This document shows positions 1 through 11,634 of a stretch of DNA of 29,789 nucleotides, piece by piece. The stretch comes from Chiloscyllium plagiosum (lineage: Eukaryota). Each line of letters opens with the position of its first letter. Position 1 is the first letter of the stretch. The position numbers and the translations under genes were made by a program. The notes below the pieces were generated by a model. That model did not search any database. It was not told where the DNA came from and saw only the letters and a program-made list of their open reading frames with translations. The stretch is taken from assembly GCF_004010195.1 (NCBI RefSeq), contig NC_057749.1, positions 21,858,745 to 21,888,533 of the forward strand, in the 5' to 3' direction.

Positions 1-2543
1 CCAACAGCGAGCGTGAGACAGAGGGACAATATGTGAACAGATCATGGAAAGATGTAGGAGCAACAAGGTGGTGGTGATAGGAGATTTTAATTTTCCCAAC
101 ACTGACTGAAATTTACTTAGTGTTCGAGGTCTAAATGGTGCAGAATTTGTAAGAAGCATCCAGGAGGGTTTTCTAGAGCAGTATGTAAATAGTCCAACTT
201 GGGAAGAGGCCATACTGGACCTGATGTTGGGGAATGAGCCTGGCCAGGTGGTTGAAGTTTCAATAGGGAATTACTTTGGGAATAGTGATCACAATTCCGT
301 AAGTTTTAGCATACTCATGGACAAAGACGAGAGTGGTCTGAAAGGAAGAACGCTGAATTGGAGGAAAGCCAACGATACCAAAATTTGGCAGGAGCTTGGG
401 AATGTGGATTGGGAGCAACTGTTTGAAGGTAAATCCACGTTTGATATGTGAGAGGCTTTTAAAGAGAGGTGGATTAGAGTGCAGGAGAGAAAATGAGGGA
501 TAGAAATGGCAAGATTAGGGAACCATGGATGACAGGTGAAATTGTGAGACTAGCTGAGAGGAAAAAGGAAGCGTGCATAAGATCCAGGTGACTGAAGACA
601 GACGAAGCTTTGGAAGAATACCGGGAATGTAGGACCAATTGGAAACGAGGAATTTAGAGGGCTAAAAAAGGGGTCATGAGATATCTTTAACAAGCAGGGC
701 TATGGAAAACCCCAAAGCCTTTAATTCATATATAAGGGGCAAGAGGGTAACAAGGGAAAGTGTTGGCCCACTCAAGGACAAAAGAGGAAAGTTATATGTG
801 GTCAGAGAAAATGGGTGTAATTCTTAATGAATAATTTGCATCAGCATTCACCAAGGAGAAGGATATGACAGATGTGGAGTTTAGGGATAGATGTTTGATT
901 ACTCTAAGTCAAGTCATCGTAAGGCGGGAGGATGTGTTGTGTATTCTAAAAGGCATTAAGGTGGACAAGTCCCCAGGTCTGGATGGGATCTGTCCCAAGT
1001 TACTGAGGGAAGCAAGAGAGGAAATAGCTGGGGCCTTAACAGATATCTTTGCAGCATCCTTGAACACGGGTGAGGTCCCAGAGGACTGGAGAATTGCTAG
1101 TGTTGTCTCCTTTCTTAAGAATGGTAGCAGGGATTATCCAGGTAATTATAGACCAGTAAGCCTGATGTCAGTGGTAGGGAAGCTGTTGGAGAAGATACTG
1201 AGGGATAGGATCTATTTACATTTGGAAGAAAATGGGCTTATCAGTGATAGATAACTTGGTTTTGTGCAGGGAAGATCATGTCTTACCAACCTAATAGAAT
1301 CCTTTGAGAAAGTGACAAAGTTGATTGATGAGGGAGGGGCTGTAGATGATATATACAAGGACTTCAGTAAGGCATTTGATAAGGTTCCTCATGGTAGCTG
1401 ATGGAGAAGGTGAAGTCTCATGGGTTACAGTGTGTATTAGCTAGAATGGACATAGAACTGGCTGGGCAACAGGAGACAGAGAGTAGTAGTGGAAGGGAGT
1501 TTCTCAAAATGGAGACCTGTGACCATTGGTGTTCCACAGGGATCTGTGCTGGGACCACTATTGTTTGTGATATTCATTAATGATCTGGAGGAAGGTATAG
1601 GTGGTCTGATTAGCAAGTTTGCAGGTGACACTAAGATTGTTGGAGTAGCAGATAGTGAAGGGGAGTGTCAGAGAATACAGCAGAATATAGATAGATTGGA
1701 GAGTTGGGCGGAGAAATGGCAGATGGAGTTCAATCTGGGCAAATATGAGGTGATGCTTTTTGAAAGATCCAATTCTAGAGTGAACTATACGGTAAATGGA
1801 AACCCCCTGGGGAAAATTGATGTAGAGAGATTTGGGTGTTCAGGTCCATTGTTCCTTGAAGGTGGCAACGCAGTTCAATAGAGTGGTCAAGAAGGCACAT
1901 GGCATGCTTTCCTTCATTGGATGGGTTATTGAGTACAAGAGTTGACAAGTCATGTTACAGTTGTATAGGACTTTGGTTCAGCCACGTTTGGAATACTGCA
2001 TACAGTTCTTGTCGCTACATCACCAAAAATGCTTTGGAGAGGGTGTGATGCTTTGGAGAGGGTGCAGACGGAGGTTCACCAGGATGTTGCCCGATATGTA
2101 GACTGCTAACTTTGAAGAGAGGTTGAGTAGATTAGGATTATTTTCATTAGAAAAACAGAGGTTGAGGGGGGGACCTGATTGGGATCTACAAAACCTTGCG
2201 AGGTATAGACAGGGTGGATAGCAAAAAGCTTTTCCCAGAGTGGGGGACTCAATTACTAGGGGACGTGAGTTCAAAGTGAGAGGGGAAACGTTTAGGGGAG
2301 ATATGCGTGGAAAGTTCTTTACGGAGACGGTGATGGGTGCCTGGAATGCGTTGCCATGGAGGTGGTAGACGCAAGGACGATAGCGTCATTTAAGATGTAT
2401 CAAGACCAACACATGAATGGGCAGGGAGCAGAGGGATACAGATCCTTAGAAAATAGGCAACAGGTTTAGATACAGGATCTGGATCGGCGCTGGCTTGGAG
2501 GGGCCGAAGGGCCTGTTCCTGTGCTGTCATGTTCATTGTTTGA
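1..2543 (+). mobile_element. CR1-clade LINE (HER1-like) ORF2, decayed; APE endonuclease C-terminus through RT to 3' tail, 5' part outside window
   Basis: Fragmented frames give VVIGDFNFP, GNSDH, KSPGLDGI, PGNYRPVSLMSVVGKLLEKI, GVPQGSVLGPLLF and FAGDTK (degenerate FADD). Ends in the tail gggccgaagggcctgttcctgtgctgt. Many stops and frameshifts. Confidence 0.95.
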
Positions 2544-2547
2544 TAAT

Positions 2548-2805
2548 CCCTATAAGGTGGAAGCAGACCATTCAGCATGTCAAGTCCACATCCCATCAAG
2601 ACTCACTCCCTACCTTATCCCTGTATTCCTGAATTTCCCATGGCTAACCCCCCCCCCACCACCAAATCTGCACGTCTTTGGACTGTGAGAGGAAACCCAG
2701 AGGTAACCAACACAGACACAGGGAGAATGTGCAAACTCCACACAGACAGTCACCCGAAGGTGGAATGGAACCCTGGCCCCTCGACCCACCATGCCACCCC
2801 ACCGT
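2548..2805 (-). mobile_element. HE1-type (V-SINE) tRNA-derived SINE, diverged
   Basis: Reverse complement of the tgtgtggagtttgcacattctccctgtgtctg core and the LINE-like tail. Confidence 0.85.
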
Positions 2806-2829
2806 ACTGTTCTTTATAATTGTACTTGC

Positions 2830-3030
2830 TAATTCCTACAGTCTGTCCATGCATTCATGTCAAAATGCATCAACTCATGTTTCTCAGCATTCAACCCCAC
2901 TTGCCACCAGTCCTCCAACTTGTCTGTGTCTTTTTGGAGTTCTGCACAGGCCTCCTCAGAGTTTACAATGCTTCCCTGTTTGACATCATCTGCTAACTTT
3001 AAAATTGACCCCTGCACACCAAGATCTTGA
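2830..3030 (-). mobile_element. Old CR1/L2 RT fragment
   Basis: Minus-strand translation LADDVKQGSIVNSEEACAELQKDTDKLEDW. Confidence 0.75.
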
Positions 3031-3045
3031 TTATTACCATACTTA

Positions 3046-3183
3046 GGAGAAAGTGAGGACTGCAGATGCTGGAGATCAGAGCTGAAAATGTGTTGCTGGA
3101 AAAGCACAGCAGGTCAGGCAGCATCCAAGGAGGAGAATCGACGTTTCGGGCATGAGCCTTTCTTCAAGCAACACATTTTCAGC
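3046..3183 (-). mobile_element. Penelope-like pLTR-only insertion with short inverted arm and degenerate hammerhead
   Basis: 35-nt tail 3046-3080, arm from 3081, inverted copy agcaacacattttcagc 3167-3183. Near-TSD tattaccatac (3032-3042) / tattatcatac (3184-3194). Confidence 0.8.
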
Positions 3184-3285
3184 TATTATCATACATACAC
3201 ATACACGTGCAAATATATAACACATATCTCAGGAAAACATGAAGAACAATTGTGAATCCCACCTCCCCCCAGCAACTACATTAAA

Positions 3286-3578
3286 GAATCCCTGCAGTGT
3301 GGAAACAGGCCATTCTGCCCATCAGATCCACACCACCACTCTGACGAGCGTCCACCCCCTAACCTTATAACCTCACATTGTCATGGCTAATATACCCAAC
3401 TTGCACAATTTCCCATGGCCAATCCACCTAACCTGCCCATCTTTGGACTGCAGGAGAAAACCGGAGCAAACGCACACAGACACGGGGAAAAACGTCACAT
3501 AGACAGTCACCCGAGGGTGGAATCGAGCCCGGGTCCCTGGCGCTGTGAGGCAGCAGTGCTAACCACTGAGCCACAATT
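3286..3578 (-). mobile_element. HE1-type SINE
   Basis: gcagcagtgctaaccactgagccac is the reverse complement of the tRNA-like A-box head; core and tail present. Confidence 0.9.
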
Positions 3579-3899
3579 ACATCCCAAATGCTGCCATTAT
3601 GTTGTGGGAAGCATAATATCGGAGTTAACTGAACTTTTAATGTGTTCAATTAAATCTTATTTATTTACATTTGGTGTGTGAGCAGCTGAGTGTGATGTCA
3701 GCCCACACTCTATATTATGGGGGAGAGCTCTGTTGTGGTCTGTGGGATGGTATTGGGCTCGGCACCCTCTCTATACTATATCCAAAACCAGTAGACTGTG
3801 GCATGTAATATCCAATCCCTATGTGGATATCGTTAGCTAAACTGAGGGCAAATCATTGACCTGATCTGTTAAGTGCAAGAGCTGCAGGAGACAACGGTT

Positions 3900-4460
3900 C
3901 GGGATAATCTTGAGGATTAGATTAAACGATCCTCAACTATTCGTTGTCATTATTCATGACTTCGATGAAACAGAAAGGCATATGTGCAAATGTGCTGATG
4001 ACACAAAGATAGGCTGTAAATTGCGTGGACAGAAATATGTAATTACTGAGCAATTGATAGTCGAAGTGAATGGGCAAAACTGTGACAAATGTATTTCAAC
4101 GTCGGTTAATTTAATGTCATCTAATTTGGAACTCAATAGGATAGGCCAGGGTACTTATTAAATAGTGAAAAACTGGAAACAATGGAGTTCCAAAAAGTCG
4201 AGCGGGCTCAGTAGATCATTAAACTGTCAACAACATGTGAATAATTTGGAATTCTTTTCCCTACATGGAATTCAGGTTAGTTGTTCATACTAAAATGAAG
4301 ATTGATAAACTCCTGTTAAGCAAAGGTTGCACAGGATGTGAGGCAAAGTCAGAGTTTTGGGATTAGGTCATAGTTCAGCCATGAACTATTTGACTGGTGG
4401 ATTGGACTCGATGGGCTGAATGGCCTCCTCAAATTGCTTTGCTCCTGTGCCTCCTTGCTC
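3900..4460 (+). mobile_element. Old CR1-like LINE fragment (RT motif plus 3' tail)
   Basis: PQLFVVIIHDFD..KCADDTKIG; tail gatgggctgaatggcctcctc near 4410-4430. Confidence 0.7.
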
Positions 4461-4699
4461 TTCCTTATAATACCTATCAGATGGAAATTCATAGAATACG
4501 TTAAGGAAGTTACAGCATGATAGCTAAAGGAAATAATTTTGGGATTGGGCAGAGTCAACATTTCAAAGAAAAATGATGTTTGATTAACTAATTAGAGTTC
4601 TTTGAGAACGTAGCAAATAATCTGGGTAAAGGGAACCTGTAGATGTGTAATACCTGGATTTGCAAAAGGCATTTTACAAGGTTACTCTGTAAAACAAGA

Positions 4700-5480
4700 G
4701 GATACAGGGGATTTAGCTATCTGGATACAGAATTGGCTGGCCAACAGAAGACAGCGAGTGGTAGTAGAAGGAAAATATTCTGTCTGGAAGTCTGTGGTGA
4801 GTGGTGTGCCACAGGGCTCTGTCCTTGGGCCTCTACTGTTTGTAATTTTTATTAATGACTTGGATGAGGGGATTGAAGGATGGGTCAGCAAGTTTGCAGA
4901 CGACACAAAGGTTGGAGGTGTCGTTGACAGTATAGAGGGCTGTTGTAGGCTGCAGCGGGACATTGACAGGATGCAGAGATGGGCTGAGAGGTGGCAGATG
5001 GAGTTCAACCTGGGTAACTGCGAGGTGATACATTTTGGAAGGTCGAATTTGAAAGCTGAGTACAGGATTAAAGACAGGATTCTTGGTAATGTGGAGGAAC
5101 AGAGGGATCTTGGTGTCCCTTAAAATGGCCACCCAAGTGGACAGGGTTGTTAAGAAAGCATATGGTGTTTTGGCTTTCATTAACAGGGGGATTGAGTTTA
5201 AGAGCCGTGAGATCTTGTTGCAGCTCTATAAAACTTTGGTTAGACCGCACTTGGAATACTGGGTCCAGTTCTGGTCGCCCTAACAGAGAATTGTGAGAGC
5301 ATGGAATGCGTTGCCAGCAGCAGTTGTGGAAGCAAGGTCATTGGGGATATTTAAGAGACTGCTGGACATGCATATGGTCACAGAAATTTGAGGGTGCATA
5401 CATGAGGATCAGTGGTCGGCACAACATCGTGGGCTGAAGGGCCTGTTCTGTGCTGTACTGTTCTATGTTCTATGTTCTAT
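4700..5480 (+). mobile_element. Younger 5'-truncated CR1 LINE with internal deletions
   Basis: GVPQGSVLGPLLFVIFINDLD..SKFADDTK, LVRPHLEYWVQFWSP; ends with the tail and (ttctatg)n repeat. Confidence 0.92.
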
Positions 5481-5886
5481 TTTCCAAGTGTCGGGAGTAA
5501 CTTATTGACATGGATAATGTTAACAGACAAGTAGGGATTCAGTTGAATGGGTTAAGTTCAGTGTAGTACATTGTAACTAGTGGAGTGTCACAGGGAACAG
5601 CACTGGGGATTCAACTATTAACAATCCAGATCAAGGACTCAGATAAAGGAATGAAGGTGTGTTTACTGATAGTATCGGACCAGGTCAAAGTGAATTTGTC
5701 AAGAGCAGGTAGGGACCCGCCAAAATTCCAGAGTGAAAAGAATGACAAAATGGAGTATATGGGAAAAATGTGGACTCGTCCACTTTGGCAGGAAGAATCA
5801 TAGCTCAGTATGTATAGAGATTGCAGAACTCTGTGGTGCAGAGGGATCTGGGTGTCCTGATACATAAATCACAAAGGGTTTGTTTC

Positions 5887-6077
5887 TAAGTGGGTGTGTG
5901 GAATGCACTGCCAGCGGTGGTAGCAGAGTCAGATACATTAGGAACATTTAAGTGACTTTTGGATAGGCACATGGATGATCGCACAATGAAGGGTATATAG
6001 GTTAGTTTGGTCTTAGAGTAGGATAAAAGGTCGGCACACCATCGAAGGCCAAAGGACCTGCACTGTGCTGTACTATG
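5887..6077 (+). mobile_element. CR1 3'-end fragment
   Basis: gtgtggaatgcactgccagcgg...gcactgtgctgtactatg; short taagt repeat at both junctions. Confidence 0.8.
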
Positions 6078-6495
6078 TAAGTATTTGGAATACCACTGGA
6101 GAGTTTATTACAAGGAGAATGGAATATGGAGCAGGGATGTTTTACTGCAGTTGTCCTGGGAGTTGATGAGAACACATCTGGTGTACAGTGTACAATTTTA
6201 ATCTTTGAAAAAAAAATATAACAGTGGTAAAATCAGTGTAGAGAAGTTTCACTCAATTTGGAGTTGAGAAGAATGAGAAATTATCTGATTGAAACATATA
6301 AGGTCCCAGCAGGAGTTGATGGAATAGAGATTAGGATGATATTTCCCCTGTTGGGAGAGACTCAATCTATTGGACACAGGTTAAGAACAGAGGTCTCCCG
6401 CTTAACACGGAAATGAAGAGATACTTTTTCTCAGAGGGTCATGAGGTTTTAGAGTGATCTTTTGCAGAAAGTAGTGGAGCTGGGACTCATCGATC

Positions 6496-6990
6496 TTTAT
6501 AGATTCACTACAGGAAGCATTCTATCCGGATATATCCGGCAACAGCTCTGCCCAGGGCAGGAAGATATTACAGAGAGTTGTGAACACAGCCTGGTCCATC
6601 ACACAAACCAACCTTACATCCATTGACTCCATTCACATTTCCTGCTGCCTCAGAAAGACAGCCAACATCATCAAAGACTCCTCCCACCCCAGTTATAACC
6701 TTTTCCAATCTCTTCTGTCACACAGAAGATACAAAAGCTTAAGCACACATCCCAACAGATTCAAGAGCAGCTTCTTTCCCGCTGGTATTAGACTGCTGAA
6801 TGGACCTCTCACATTTCAAATCTAATGCTGATCTTGCTGTTTGTGCACATTCTTAGTAGCCACAGTTTTGTATTCCTGGCTGTGTTCTATCACCCTCTGA
6901 TCTTTGTATAACATGATATACCTGTACTGCGTGCAGAACAGAACTTTTCACTGTACCACGGTACATGTGACAACAATAAATCAAATCAAA
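6496..6990 (+). mobile_element. Rex1/Babar-clade non-LTR retrotransposon 3' end
   Basis: LQRVVNTAWSITQTNLTSIDSIH..IIKDSSHP..NRFKSSFFPAGIRLLN is the typical Rex1/Babar C-terminus; ends aataaatcaaatcaaa. Confidence 0.85.
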
Positions 6991-7085
6991 TTATATTTGT
7001 TCAAGGCTAATTTGCATAGGTTTTTGATAGATCAGAGGTTATGGAGAATTAGATGGAAAGGTGGCGTTGAGACCACAATCATATG

Positions 7086-7376
7086 ATTAGACTCCCTACA
7101 GTGTGGAAACAGACCCTTCAGCCCAACAAGTCCACACCGACCCTCCGAAGTGTAACCCACGCAGACCCATTTCCCCTCTGACTAATGTACCCAATACCAT
7201 GGGCAATTTTGCACGGCCAATTCACCCAACCTGCGCATCTTTGGACTGTAGGAGGAAACCCACACAGACACAAGGAGAATGTGCAAACTCCACACAGAGA
7301 GTCACCCAAGGTTGGAATTGAACCCAGGACCCTAGCACTGTGAGGCAGCAGTGCTAACCACTCAGCCACAGTGCCG
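7086..7376 (-). mobile_element. HE1-type SINE
   Basis: Head, core and tail all on the minus strand. Confidence 0.92.
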
Positions 7377-7449
7377 CAGATGGAGCAGGCTTGAAGGGCT
7401 GAATGGCCATCTCCTATCCCTGAGCACTATGTTCCCATGTGTTGTGCTC

Positions 7450-8060
7450 TCCCACCAGCAAAAGGAAAATCTCCATCTAGTCAATCAATTCCTTTTGAAA
7501 TTCTAAAAATCTCAATCAAATCATTACAGCTTCTACATTCATTCAGAGACACAACCTTCGGCTTTGTAAATCTCTCCTCATTATCTACTTGTTGGAGCCC
7601 TGGTGACAGTCTGGTGAATCAATGTGGCACTCCTTCAAGGATAATTCATCTTTTCTAAGCTCAATGAACTGTCATCAGACGTCAAGCCTGACTTGATCCG
7701 ATGACAGGTTAATAATTTGATGTGTTAACTCTGCTCCGGTCTCCACAGACACTGCCAGACCTGCTGAGTATTTTCAGCATTTTCTGTTTTTATTCCAGGC
7801 CTCACATTAGAGAGGTCTGCATCGGAATCCATCCACCACACTATTATCCCTTCACATAATCTGTCAAAGTCTCTTTGCAAGTTGGTGTCTCAATGTATTT
7901 ACTGTGTCCTTAGTCGTTGTATCATTGGCAAACCTGGATATAAGGCTGTCTATAGTGCTAAATCATTAATATAGTGAACAGTTGGGACCCCAGTACAGAC
8001 ATTATGGGACCTGCTCATCATTTCCTTCGAATTGCTTGCTCATTATTCCTCCTCTATCGC
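7450..8060 (-). mobile_element. Very old CR1/L2 fragments (interrupted at ~7690-7800)
   Basis: Reverse complements of degenerate ORF2 C-terminal and FAND/PQG-like segments. Confidence 0.5.
7695..7800 (+). mobile_element. Old Penelope-pLTR-like repeat (gttaactctg...ctgccagacctgctgag family)
   Basis: Similar to 10518-10635 and 19070-19197 and to the gatgctgcctgacctgctg motif of the younger pLTRs. Confidence 0.6.
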
Positions 8061-8315
8061 TAAATAATCTCCTAATCGGGTTGTTTTGCCATCAGTCTTT
8101 CAGGGGTGCTGTGCTGTCAGAGCGACAAGTTTCTGAAAGAAACATAAATCTGCAGCCCGTCAGGGTAGCACACTGAAAGGATGTGCAGGACAGACTATAG
8201 TTTCAAAATAAGGAGTACCTCTTTTGAGACAGAGAGGAGGAGAAATGTTTAATCTCAGAAGGTTGTGAGTCTGGAATTCTTACCCCCAAAGAACAGTGCA
8301 GGCAGGGCCACTGAA

Positions 8316-8568
8316 GATAGAATCATAGATTCTCGGCAGTGCGGACAGAAACCATTCAGACCATTCAATTGCACCCACTCTCCGAAGGACATCCCATCCA
8401 GCACCCACTTCCCACTCAAACCTATCCTTGTAACCCTGCATTTTCCCATTGCTACTCTACCTAGCCTACACATTCCTGGACTCTATGGGGCAATTTAGCA
8501 ATTTGATGAGTCTCCCAACCTACACATGTTTCGACCCTGGTGCTGTGAGGCAACAGTGCTAACCACTC
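8316..8568 (-). mobile_element. HE1-type SINE with internal deletion
   Basis: Tail and head present; core missing between ~8530 and 8535. Confidence 0.8.
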
Positions 8569-8587
8569 TCAGGGAGGGGCATCTTTC

Positions 8588-8908
8588 GGGCGGCTCAGTG
8601 GTTAGATTTGCTGCCACACAACGCCAGGGACCCAGGTTCGATTCCAGCCTCAGGCGACTGTCTGTGTGGAGTTTGTGCATTCTCCCCATGTCTGCGTGGG
8701 TTTCCTCCTACAATCCAAAGGTGTGCAGGTCAGGTGAGTTGGCCATGCTAAATTGCCCGTAGTGTTCAGGGATGTGTAAGTTAGGTGCATTAGTCAGGAG
8801 TAAACATTGCATAGTGGAGTGGGTCTGGATGGGTTATGCTTTGGAGAGTCAGTGTGTGGACTAATTGAGGCCAAATGGCCAGTTTCCATACTGTAGAGAT
8901 TCTATAGA
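8588..8908 (+). mobile_element. HE1-type SINE
   Basis: ggctcagtggttag...ggttcgattcc (A/B boxes), core, tail. Confidence 0.9.
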
Positions 8909-9214
8909 TTAGTGACTAACAAAGAAGTCGGGGCCATACAGGGAAATGGATTTGTGACCACAATCAGATCTTATTGAATGATAGAGCAGGCTCAAGAGCC
9001 TGAATGGCTTTTCCTGCTACTAATTCTCACGTTCTTAAATTAGCTATTTGAAGGGCACAGGAATAGGAATAGGCAAATTCAGCCCTTCGAACATGTTCTG
9101 CCAATAAATTAGATCATGACTGATACCTGCTTCAATGCTACTTTCAGTGCTATTCCCACATCTGTGGCATCATTAATCTCTGGAAGTCAATTGATTTTGG
9201 TCTTGACTGACATT

Positions 9215-9828
9215 GGGAGACACGGTGGCTCAGTGGTTAGCTCTCCTACCTCACAGCACCAGGGACCCGGGCTTGATTTCACCTCAGGTGACTATCTGTG
9301 TGGAGGTTTCATGTTCTCCCTGTGTCTGCTCCAGGTGCTTTGGTTTCCTCCCACATCCCAAAGAAGTGAAGGTTACGGTGGATTGGCCATGTTTAAAAAA
9401 TAGAATGTGGTGTCTAGGGATGTATGGGTTAGCTACCTGGGTTAGGCTGGGATTAGACTAGATTCCCTACAGTATGGAAACAGGCACTTCGACCCAATAA
9501 GTCCACAAAGTCCCTCCAAAGAGTAACCCACCCAGACCCATTGCCCGAGCCTACACTTGTTCCTGACTAATGCACCAATCACAATGAGCAACTTAGCATG
9601 GCCAATTCACCTGACCTGCACATCTTTGGACTGTGGGAAGAAACCGAAGCAAACCCACGCAGACACGGGGACAATGAGCAAGCTCCACACAGACAGTTGC
9701 CCGAGGCAGGAAGCAAACCTGGCTCCTTGGTGCTGTGAGGCAGCAGTGCTAACCACTGAGCCACCCTGCCACCCTAGATGTCCTTTGGAGGGTTGGTGCC
9801 GACTCAGTGTAGGGTTTCTATGATTCTT
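9215..9828 (+). mobile_element. HE1-type SINE interrupted by an opposite-strand HE1 (pieces ~9215-9451 and ~9775-9828)
   Basis: Head cacggtggctcagtggttag; tail ctttggagggttggtgccgactcagtgtagggtttctatgattct resumes after the inner SINE. Confidence 0.75.
9452..9774 (-). mobile_element. HE1-type SINE
   Basis: Complete head, core and tail on the minus strand. Confidence 0.92.
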
Positions 9829-9871
9829 TAACTTGCTCAATGTCTAAGCTTCTGTAGCCCACTGGAATAGA

Positions 9872-10215
9872 GGGAGGCGGTGGCCTAGTGATATTATCAC
9901 TGGACCATGGTTCCAGAGACCCAGGTAATATCCCAGGGACCTGGGTTCACAGCCTACCAGGACAGATGAATTCCATTGGGAAATATGCTCTGGAATTAAG
10001 AGTTGAATGATGGTCATGAATTGGTTGTCAGGGAAAACCCATCTGATTCACTCAGCCCTTTCGGGAAGGAAACTGCTATCCTTGCCTGGTCTGGCCTACG
10101 TATGACTCCAATCCCAAAACAATACGGGTGACTCTTAACTGCCTTCTGGGCAATGGGCAATAAATGCTTGCCTAGTTGGCAGCACCCACATCCCATCAAT
10201 GAATTAAAAAAAAAA
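9872..10215 (+). mobile_element. Second tRNA-head SINE family, full length
   Basis: ggtggcctagtg..ctgggttc head; aggaaactgctatccttgcctggtctggcctac body; aataaa and A-rich end. Related copies at ~22170-22515 (-) and fragments at ~18160-18800. Confidence 0.75.
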
Positions 10216-10517
10216 CCTAGTCCCAAAGATTCTCCACCTTCAAAGTGAAAAACATTTCCTCTCACTTCAGTCTTAAATGGTTTAACTCTGTATTCTGGGA
10301 TCATGTCTCCAGGTTCTGGACTTGGGAATCCTTTTGTCTACATCCAATTTGTAAAACTTCACCTCTAACTGTCAAAGATGATTGATTACCATTTAATAGA
10401 TCCACATTGACTCTGCTTATTATTGAATCGGTGTCCAATTAACACATCATTTCTCATTGATTCGAAACTTTCTCTACTCATGAGGCCAAACAGAAAGGTA
10501 TGTTAGATTTGTTAACC

Positions 10518-10635
10518 ATTCTGAAGAAGAATCAAACTGGGCTTGAAACATTAACTCTCTTATTGTTAATAGATGCTGCCAGACTACTGAGTTTCTCCAA
10601 CATTCTCTGTATTTGTTTTGGATTTCCAGTATATT
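10518..10635 (+). mobile_element. Old Penelope-pLTR-like repeat with degenerate hammerhead core
   Basis: ctgaaga (10521-10527)...gaaaca-tta, then gatgctgccagactactgag. Confidence 0.6.
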
Positions 10636-11435
10636 GCCTTTAGTAACAGGTCTGTAGCTGTCCATCCTCTCTCTCCCTCCCTGCTTGAGTTGTGAGGCTA
10701 CATTTGCTACTTTCCAGTCTGCAGGAACCTTTCCAGAATCTGTAAAAGTCTGAAAGGTCATCACCAATGCAACAACCTTCTCCGTGGTCACCTCCTTCAA
10801 CTCTCTAGGATGTAGCCTATGTGGTTCAGGAGATATATCAATTTCCAATCCAGTTAACTTTTCAAGTTCTACCTCCTTACTAAAGCTAACTGCTTTCTGT
10901 TCCTCAGTTTCATATGTCCGAAGGATGCTGAAAATGTGTTGCTGGAAAATGCTGAAGGATGTTCAGTATTTCCGATATGTTTTCTTTGTCTTGTTCTGTA
11001 TGCTTACTTTTTCTGCCATTTCCCTGTCTTCATTAGAAAGTCTCTTGCCACCATCTCTGTAAAACTTGACTATGATCTGTAAAAGGCCCATATTTGTACC
11101 ACCTAATCTTTTCTTTTTCACATACCTGAAGAACCTTGTACAGGAGTAAGTGAGGTTTGCAGATGCTGGAGATCAGAGCTGATAATGTATTGCTGGAAAA
11201 GCACAGCAGGTCAGGCAGCATCCAAGGAACAGGAGAATCGATGTTTCGGGCCTGAGCCCTTCTTCAGGAATGAGGAAAGTGTGTCCAGCAGGCTAAGATA
11301 AAAGGTAGGGAGGAGGGACTTGGGGGAGGGGCGTTGGGAATGCGATAGGTGGAAGGAGGTCAAGGTGAGGGTGATAGGCCGGAGTGGGGATGGGGGCGGA
11401 GAGGTCAGGAAGAAGATTGCAGGTTAGGAAGGCGG

Positions 11436-11503
11436 NNNNNNNNNNNNNNNNNNNNNNNNNNNNNNNNNNNNNNNNNNNNNNNNNNNNNNNNNNNNNNNNN
11501 NNN
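11436..11503. other. Assembly gap (68 N)
   Basis: Run of n in the sequence. Confidence 1.
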
Positions 11504-11596
11504 CCTTGACCTCCTTCCACCTATCGCATTCCCAACGCCCCTCCCCCAAGTCCCTCCTCCCTACCTTTTATCTTAGCCTGCTGGACACACTTTCCT

Positions 11597-11634
11597 CATT
11601 CCTGAAGAAGGGCTCATGCCCGAAACGTCGATTC
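11597..11634 (+). ncRNA. Minimal type I hammerhead ribozyme motif (Penelope-type)
   Basis: CTGAAGA (11602-11608), A, GGGC-tcat-GCCC stem II, GAAA-C-GTC (11622-11629) with palindromic ACGT in place of stem III. Confidence 0.75.

Larger units (their letters stand above)
4480..7440 (+). mobile_element. Old CR1 LINE 3' half, split into five pieces (~4480-4695, 5481-5886, 6078-6495, 6991-7085, 7377-7440) by younger insertions
   Basis: Collinear ORF2 remnants (LEFFE.., LDLQKAF, VTSGVSQG, DLGVLIH, ETYKV) followed by the 3' tail gaagggctgaatggcc at ~7394. Confidence 0.7.
8190..9040 (+). mobile_element. CR1 3' tail split by two HE1 SINEs (pieces ~8190-8315 and ~8909-9040)
   Basis: aaggttgtgagtctggaattct...; resumes at gattagtgactaac and ends ...cctgaatggcttttcctgct. 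Confidence 0.6.

Noticed and set aside
2029..2064. 17-bp tandem duplication atgctttggagagggtg
   Set aside because: Ordinary local duplication in a dead LINE.
1..2543. Active LINE or domesticated reverse transcriptase gene
   Set aside because: Multiple stops and frameshifts, and the catalytic motif reads FAGD.
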